Shown here: piece by piece, positions 56,158 to 64,000 of the stretch
Layout of the letters: each line of letters starts with the position of its first letter
How positions within the stretch are numbered: the first letter of the stretch is position 1
Origin: Octopus vulgaris
Taxonomy: Eukaryota
Assembly (NCBI GenBank): GCA_951406725.2
Contig: OX597817.1
Location: 29,574,001 to 29,638,000 of the forward strand
Length of the DNA: 64,000 nt
Direction: 5' to 3'
The notes under the pieces: generated by a model
What the model saw: only the letters and a program-made list of their open reading frames with translations
The model's database searches: none
What the model was told of the DNA's origin: nothing
Made by a program: the position numbers and the translations under genes

Positions 56158-57840
56158 GGGGATTCACGAAAAAAAAAGACAAAAGATGAACACAGGTGGT
56201 GTAGAAAACAAACAGATGTATTATTATAACGCTCGGGAATTGAAAAAGTCTTTAACGTTTTGAGCCTACGCTCTTCCACAGAAAGGAACACAGAAAGAAT
56301 CAAGGAGAGAAAAAAATTTGTGTAGTGGCTACCGATCTACCATGACGAATGCTGGATAGAAGGGTCATACAGGAGAGCTAAGAAGTAGGGGAGATGAACT
56401 GCAGTTTTGGAATACTTTTTAAAAAACTATGTTCTGAGTTAGAGATCCTCCACTATATTTTATTTATTGTTTCCTCTGAACCCTAATTTACTCTACCGGA
56501 CTGCCATAGCCATTCAATGTTTAAAAAATCCTATTTTATTGTTATAATTAAATATTATTACGAATGACATAAAAATGTTTTAAATAGTTTGTGTATTGTA
56601 AGATGGCAGAATCGATAGCTTGCCGAGAAAGATTCTTTATAGCATTTCGTCCATCTTTACGTTCTGAGTTCAAATTCCGTCAAGGTCGAATTTGTCTTTT
56701 ATCGTTTCGGGGTCGATAAAGTAAGTGCCAGTTGAGTCCTGGGGTCAATATAATCGACTTACCCCTTCCCCGAATTTACTGAACTTGTACCAAAATTTGA
56801 AATCAATATTTTGTATATTGTACAAGTATAGCTAGCTTATTGTACATAAACTTTAACAACACATTTTTATTTGAACCCCGAAGGGTCACATGTACCTCGA
56901 CTGAGAACCACTGGTCTAAATGGATGCTCTTTCTATGATTTCCTCGCATGTTATCAAGTTTACCATCAGATTTTCCAACTTATCTTATCCTCATCTCCAG
57001 GCTGTAAAGTGGTTCTGGCTTCTTTACTGCCCCTTTATAGTCGGTGCTCATATTTATATAGATCTTCCCATCAGAACTTGACCGTAACTTTTTTAGGATT
57101 ACGTGTCATTGGAATCACTATTGTGATGTATGTTGTCTGTTAGCTGTCCTCTTGTGTTGCAATATCAGCATTGCTTCCACAATCAGTATTATTTTTCTAT
57201 GTTGAATTCTGTAATATATGGAAATATTAAGGATGCGAACTGGTAGAATCGTTATCAAGGCAGGCAAAGGGCTTAGCGGCATTTCGTTCGGCTTTACGTG
57301 CTGAGTTCAAATTTTGCCGAGGACGACTTTGCCTTTCATCCTTTCGGAATCAATAAAATAAGCACTAGCTGAACACTGGGGTCGATATAATCGACCACCC
57401 CTCCCCCAAAATTGCTGGCCTTGTTAAAAAATTTGAAACCAATATATAGAAGTATTTACGATAAATGTTTTTTTTTCCCACGTAGGTGTGTCTTATAGTG
57501 TATGGCATAGTGTTTGCAATTGCTCATTGTTTTATATTCGTAGTGAGACTACGAGAGTGAGCTGTACTTGTTTGACTAACGTGGAAAGTTTGAAGTTTGA
57601 AGCTTACACCTTAACAGTCAAATCTGTAAATTACATTGAATATTCAGTCTTATCTCAGGTTTACATGCATGCGCTGTTATCAATAAGAATGTTTATGATT
57701 CCAATGCTTTTGTAATATATTACTAGTGTAAGCTAACGCCCTTGTCTTACGCATTTTGTATTTCATTTTATGACATTTACTATCTTGTGTTTTGTACCTA
57801 CTATGCATTTCACATGATTCATTTTGTTGTTTAATATATA

Positions 57841-58217
57841 CTAGCACTATGACCCGACACTGCCCGGTCATAATGCTAGTGCATGCATATTCAGCTGCGT
57901 GCGTGCACACATACACGCGAGTACTGTCCAAATCTCCGACCAATCACACACAGCTAGCTGGCATTCAATTGGCGTATCAGGTTTCGGGCATTTTGATTGG
58001 GTTTTGGATGGATAGAAAATTCACAAAAAAGTCACTTCTACTGACTTTTTAATGACTTTGCGGGGCGACTTGGGAAATGTAAAGATGTGCACGACCACCC
58101 GTGGACGGTTTTGAATGACCATAGAAAGTGCGAGCCCTCTAACTGAAAAAAATGTGGATTTGTATAAAGGATACATGCACACAGAGACAGACATTTTGCC
58201 GTTTATATATATAGAGA
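57841..58217 (-). mobile_element. Non-autonomous Helitron-like element
   Basis: Minus strand A|TCTCTATATATATAAACGG...hairpin atgaccgggcagtgtcgggtcat...CTAG|T. Confidence 0.75.
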
Positions 58218-58219
58218 TA

Positions 58220-58990
58220 TTAGTAGTGGTGTTGACCAATGGATGTATTTGACGCATTACACTTTTGTATAAGTAGATATTCCAGCTTGAATATCTGATG
58301 GTCTTTAATTTTCTTGATTTCATCATGTAGTGTTGCATTTGTGAAACAGAGTCTAAGTACTTTGTAAGTAATGGTTTTTTTCCACAGAGATTTTGTAATT
58401 ATGTGGACAGTTACTATCTTCATGTAGGTATATGCATATCTCACACCTTGTGGTTTCTGCTTTGTGTAAACTGGAAAAATGTATCTATCTATCGTTTCTA
58501 ATTTTAATTTTAATGTCTAGAAATAGAGTTTTATTAGCATTGTTTCAGATGCTAAATTTCAGTGCTGAGTTGTTCTCACATTATACATCTCAACGTTTTT
58601 TTTACGATTTCATTATATCACCTACTTACATAATATATATTACGTTTGTGCCTAATGCTATTCCCTTTTCTATTTTAGCTAAGTAGAATGTAGTGAACAT
58701 AGGTCCTAGAGGAGAACCCATAGCTACTTCATTTATTTGTTTATGGGCAACGATACAATAATTCAGTTGTACAGGTTATTAGTATCTTTTTAATAACTTC
58801 GCTGGTATCATGGGTGCGTTTATATCTGGGTTAGTATATACGTCATCTAATATAGTTTCGACTGCTTCTACCGAATGACCAATGGTGAAAAGGCTTTCTA
58901 CATTTAGGGTGGCAATAGTAATTATTTCGTTTGTTTCTTCTAAAATATCTGGAAATTATTCTGATAACTTGATATTGTAATTCACGGGTG
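58220..58990 (-). pseudogene. Degenerate Penelope-like RT fragment
   Basis: IATLNVESLFT, KQINEVAMGSPLGP and NNSALKFS...LFLDI. Confidence 0.75.
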
Positions 58991-60255
58991 TGTATTAATA
59001 ATGTAATTTATTTTCATTTTGATGTTTATTAAAAATGTTATGAGTCGGAGATGGTTGTTTTGTTTGTATATATTTACGGTAAAATTTATATGAGACGGGG
59101 TGAATTCTTCTTAGATGTTGGGGAAAATGTAGGGATCTCCTTTGGTAGCTCTTATCACTGTAAAAATATCTATATGAACACGCACACACACGCGTGCGCA
59201 CAAACACACATACTTGCACGCGAACGCGCACACACATACGTACAGCTGTAGAGAGGTTACGTGCTTCCAACCATTTGAGTCTGACAAGTCGCATATAGAG
59301 CCTAGCCCCTTATTGGTATGAAACTAATGGTCACTCTCTGTCCTGCCTTAACAAACAACCTTCTACATGCATACATACATACATACATACATACATACAC
59401 ACAATCATACATATTTAATTTGCCTTCCATCCTTTCGGGGTCGATAAATTAAGTACCAGTTACGCACTGGGGTTGATGTAATCGACTTAATCCCTTTGTC
59501 CTTGTTTGTCCCCTCTGAGTTTAGCCCTTTGTGAGCAACAAAGAAATATAATTACATTGTGTTTTTAATACCCCCTCACTGACACCAGTTAATATAGCAA
59601 GCGGAGACTCATGTCAGTGAGGTGGGGCGGGGGCGCAATAATGCCGTTAAGAGGTAGGCCCCGAAACGGCGCGCATTCTCTCCTGATGGCCACATACACT
59701 TGTTGACTTCCGGTATGCGGATCTTTCGACAGATAACACTTGCCGGTGCAAATTGTTTGCAAAACGTGTATTTTCTGCTTGTAAGGCACATTCCTAACAT
59801 GCCAGCTGAGTTTAATTCGTCCTAGTCGAAAGACGCCTGTTTGTGATGTCCTGTTATTGTTGTTATTATTATTATTGTTTTTACGTATTATTTTTGTATT
59901 CATATTCGTGTAACATCGTCCGCTTTTCTGTCCTTGTTTTGTATACATTCGAAGCTTTCTTCCAAGGAATTTAAAGCGCTTAGCTTAGTTTTTCCTTGGG
60001 GCTGGCCAGATTGGGGCAATCTCAAGATTAATCAGCCAAAATTGTGAGGATGATCCGGTTCTTGACTGAAGATTGAAGGCTTCGAATGTCCCGTCCGTGT
60101 TTTTTGTATCGTCTTCTAAATGTTTTGCGTTCTTGTCCCAGTTTGTATTTTTTATACATACATATATATATATTGGTAAAAACGGTAAGATAACAAAGGA
60201 AAGAAAGATACCTCAATATTATGTAAATAGAGGAAATTTATCTGTAAATTGGGTA

Positions 60256-60453
60256 TTATTCAATAGCCAAGATAAAACTCTGAGTTCCGGCTGCCGAAGT
60301 GGAAATCCACAACAACATCTCTTCGGTTATCTGGCCATCTGAAAAACGCTATTTACATAGCATTTTTCAGATGGCCAGATAACCAAAGAGATGGTGTCGC
60401 GGATTTCCACTTCGACATCCGAAACCCAGAGTTTTATCTTGGCTATTCAATAA
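60256..60453. mobile_element. Fold-back mini-element with an HHR-like motif in each arm
   Basis: Arms of about 97 bp around a 4-nt loop near 60354; consensus gataa-CCGAAGA...GAAA-ctcagag-TT-ttatc. Confidence 0.75.
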
Positions 60454-60465
60454 TTGTCACATATT

Positions 60466-60550
<85 letters not shown>

Positions 60551-60614
60551 TCGTATGTATATATATGGTGTATATGTATATATGTATGTATGTACTTATA
60601 TATGTTTGAACTTA

Positions 60615-60946
60615 TATACGCACACTTCTTTCCGTAATTTATCAAAACAAAAGCAGGGGTTGAACAATTACATCATTTTCCACATACTCTCTTTTTATTT
60701 TCGATGCACTTCTTCCACAGGTCTACAACTTTGCTTATTCCATGGAAGAAGAAGGACTTTCGACTGATCACGCAGCCAATTTATGCACTGCTTCCTACGC
60801 GTCTTCGTCCGTAGCAAATCGGCGACCTCGTAAAGTATGTTTGAGCGATCCAAAGAGGTGATAGTCAGGAAGGGTCGTGCATTGTCGTGCAACAGTAACA
60901 CTTGCGTCGGCATTTGGCACGAATTGCTGGGTCGTGAATCGGAAGG
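60615..60946 (-). pseudogene. 3' remnant of a mariner transposase running into the satellite
   Basis: VLLLHDNARP, WLRDQSK and FFHGISKVVDLWKKCIENKREYVE across frames. Confidence 0.75.
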
Positions 60947-63900
60947 GTCGTGCATTGTAGTGCAGCAATAACACTTACGTCAGCATTTGGTACGAATTGC
61001 TGGGTCGTGAATCGGAAGGGTCGTGCATTGTAGTGCAGCAATAACACTTACGTCAGCATTTGGCACGAATTGCTGGGTCGTGAATCGGAAGGGTCGTGCA
61101 TTGTAGTGCAGCAATAACACTTACGTCAGCATTTGGTACGAATTGCTGGGTCGTGAATCGGAAGGGTCGTGCATTGTAGTGCAGCAATAACACTTACGTC
61201 AGCATTTGGTACGAATTGCTGGGTCGTGAATCGGAAGGGTCGTGCATTGTAGTGCAGCAATAACACTTACGTCAGCATTTGGTACGAATTGCTGGGTCGT
61301 GAATCGGAAGGGTCGTGCATTGTAGTGCAGCAATAACACTTACGTCAGCATTTGGCACGAATTGCTGGGTCGTGAATCGGAAGGGTCGTGCATTGTAGTG
61401 CAGCAATAACACTTACGTCAGCATTTGGTACGAATTGCTGGGTCGTGAATCGGAAGGGTCGTGCATTGTAGTGCAGCAATAACACTTACGTCAGCATTTG
61501 GTACGAATTGCTGGGTCGTGAATCGGAAGGGTCGTGCATTGTAGTGCAGCAATAACACTTACGTCAGCATTTGGCACGAATTGCTGGGTCGTGAATCGGA
61601 AGGGTCGTGCATTGTAGTGCAGCAATAACACTTACGTCAGCATTTGGCACGAATTGCTGGGTCGTGAATCGGAAGGGTCGTGCATTGTAGTGCAGCAATA
61701 ACACTTACGTCAGCATTTGGCACGAATTGCTGGGTCGTGAATCGGAAGGGTCGTGCATTGTAGTGCAGCAATAACACTTACGTCAGCATTTGGCACGAAT
61801 TGCTGGGTCGTGAATCGGAAGGGTCGTGCATTGTAGTGCAGCAATAACACTTACGTCAGCATTTGGCACGAATTGCTGGGTCGTGAATCGGAAGGGTCGT
61901 GCATTGTAGTGCAGCAATAACACTTACGTCAGCATTTGGCACGAATTGCTGGGTCGTGAATCGGAAGGGTCGTGCATTGTAGTGCAGCAATAACACTTAC
62001 GTCAGCATTTGGTACGAATTGCTGGGTCGTGAATCGGAAGGGTCGTGCATTGTAGTGCAGCAATAACACTTACGTCAGCATTTGGTACGAATTGCTGGGT
62101 CGTGAATCGGAAGGGTCGTGCATTGTAGTGCAGCAATAACACTTACGTCAGCATTTGGCACGAATTGCTGGGTCGTGAATCGGAAGGGTCGTGCATTGTA
62201 GTGCAGCAATAACACTTACGTCAGCATTTGGTACGAATTGCTGGGTCGTGAATCGGAAGGGTCGTGCATTGTAGTGCAGCAATAACACTTACGTCAGCAT
62301 TTGGCACGAATTGCTGGGTCGTGAATCGGAAGGGTCGTGCATTGTAGTGCAGCAATAACACTTACGTCAGCATTTGGCACGAATTGCTGGGTCGTGAATC
62401 GGAAGGGTCGTGCATTGTAGTGCAGCAATAACACTTACGTCAGCATTTGGCACGAATTGCTGGGTCGTGAATCGGAAGGGTCGTGCATTGTAGTGCAGCA
62501 ATAACACTTACGTCAGCATTTGGTACGAATTGCTGGGTCGTGAATCGGAAGGGTCGTGCATTGTAGTGCAGCAATAACACTTACGTCAGCATTTGGTACG
62601 AATTGCTGGGTCGTGAATCGGAAGGGTCGTGCATTGTAGTGCAGCAATAACACTTACGTCAGCATTTGGCACGAATTGCTGGGTCGTGAATCGGAAGGGT
62701 CGTGCATTGTAGTGCAGCAATAACACTTACGTCAGCATTTGGTACGAATTGCTGGGTCGTGAATCGGAAGGGTCGTGCATTGTAGTGCAGCAATAACACT
62801 TACGTCAGCATTTGGCACGAATTGCTGGGTCGTGAATCGGAAGGGTCGTGCATTGTAGTGCAGCAATAACACTTACGTCAGCATTTGGCACGAATTGCTG
62901 GGTCGTGAATCGGAAGGGTCGTGCATTGTAGTGCAGCAATAACACTTACGTCAGCATTTGGCACGAATTGCTGGGTCGTGAATCGGAAGGGTCGTGCATT
63001 GTAGTGCAGCAATAACACTTACGTCAGCATTTGGTACGAATTGCTGGGTCGTGAATCGGAAGGGTCGTGCATTGTAGTGCAGCAATAACACTTACGTCAG
63101 CATTTGGTACGAATTGCTGGGTCGTGAATCGGAAGGGTCGTGCATTGTAGTGCAGCAATAACACTTACGTCAGCATTTGGCACGAATTGCTGGGTCGTGA
63201 ATCGGAAGGGTCGTGCATTGTAGTGCAGCAATAACACTTACGTCAGCATTTGGTACGAATTGCTGGGTCGTGAATCGGAAGGGTCGTGCATTGTAGTGCA
63301 GCAATAACACTTACGTCAGCATTTGGCACGAATTGCTGGGTCGTGAATCGGAAGGGTCGTGCATTGTAGTGCAGCAATAACACTTACGTCAGCATTTGGC
63401 ACGAATTGCTGGGTCGTGAATCGGAAGGGTCGTGCATTGTAGTGCAGCAATAACACTTACGTCAGCATTTGGCACGAATTGCTGGGTCGTGAATCGGAAG
63501 GGTCGTGCATTGTAGTGCAGCAATAACACTTACGTCAGCATTTGGCACGAATTGCTGGGTCGTGAATCGGAAGGGTCGTGCATTGTAGTGCAGCAATAAC
63601 ACTTACGTCAGCATTTGGCACGAATTGCTGGGTCGTGAATCGGAAGGGTCGTGCATTGTAGTGCAGCAATAACACTTACGTCAGCATTTGGCACGAATTG
63701 CTGGGTCGTGAATCGGAAGGGTCGTGCATTGTAGTGCAGCAATAACACTTACGTCAGCATTTGGTACGAATTGCTGGGTCGTGAATCGGAAGGGTCGTGC
63801 ATTGTAGTGCAGCAATAACACTTACGTCAGCATTTGGTACGAATTGCTGGGTCGTGAATCGGAAGGGTCGTGCATTGTAGTGCAGCAATAACACTTACGT

Positions 63901-64000
63901 CAGCATTTGGTACGAATTGCTGGGTCGTGAATCGGAAGGGTCGTGCATTGTAGTGCAGCAATAACACTTACGTCAGCATTTGGCACGAATTGCTGGGTCG
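60874..64000. repeat. 73-bp tandem satellite, about 43 copies, continuing past the window end
   Basis: Unit gtcgtgcattgtagtgcagcaataacacttacgtcagcatttgg(c/t)acgaattgctgggtcgtgaatcggaagg; starts at 60874, 60947, 61020 and so on. Confidence 0.97.

Noticed and set aside
60874-64000. CRISPR array
   Set aside because: Units are head-to-tail with no unique spacers, there are no cas genes, and the context is eukaryotic.
60874-64000. Repeat-encoded protein
   Set aside because: 73 is not a multiple of 3 and stop codons recur; the ORF track shows no long ORF across the array.

Overview
AT-rich, microsatellite-rich eukaryotic DNA with no host gene that I can support. The SINE families resemble those I associate with octopus/coleoid genomes, but that is an inference. 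The window is almost all transposable elements: several tRNA-derived SINE families, RTE and CR1-like LINE fragments, mariner, pogo-like and Helitron remnants, and at least four Penelope-like element (PLE) fragments. Four things stand out. (1) A near-perfect 3.3-kb palindrome (45747-49057) of two head-to-head 5'-truncated PLE copies, each ending in a minimal hammerhead ribozyme (HHR). (2) A set of sequence-unrelated small fold-back elements and inserts in (TA)n tracts that carry minimal type-I HHR folds, plus a tRNA-headed element with an HHR-like motif. (3) A 73-bp satellite (60874 to window end, about 43 copies) whose monomer is the HDNARP catalytic segment of an adjacent mariner transposase, with an incipient 7-monomer higher-order repeat. 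(4) An RTE LINE with a 5' inversion and a PHD-type finger inside its RT region. All alignments and RNA folds were done by eye, so boundaries are approximate.
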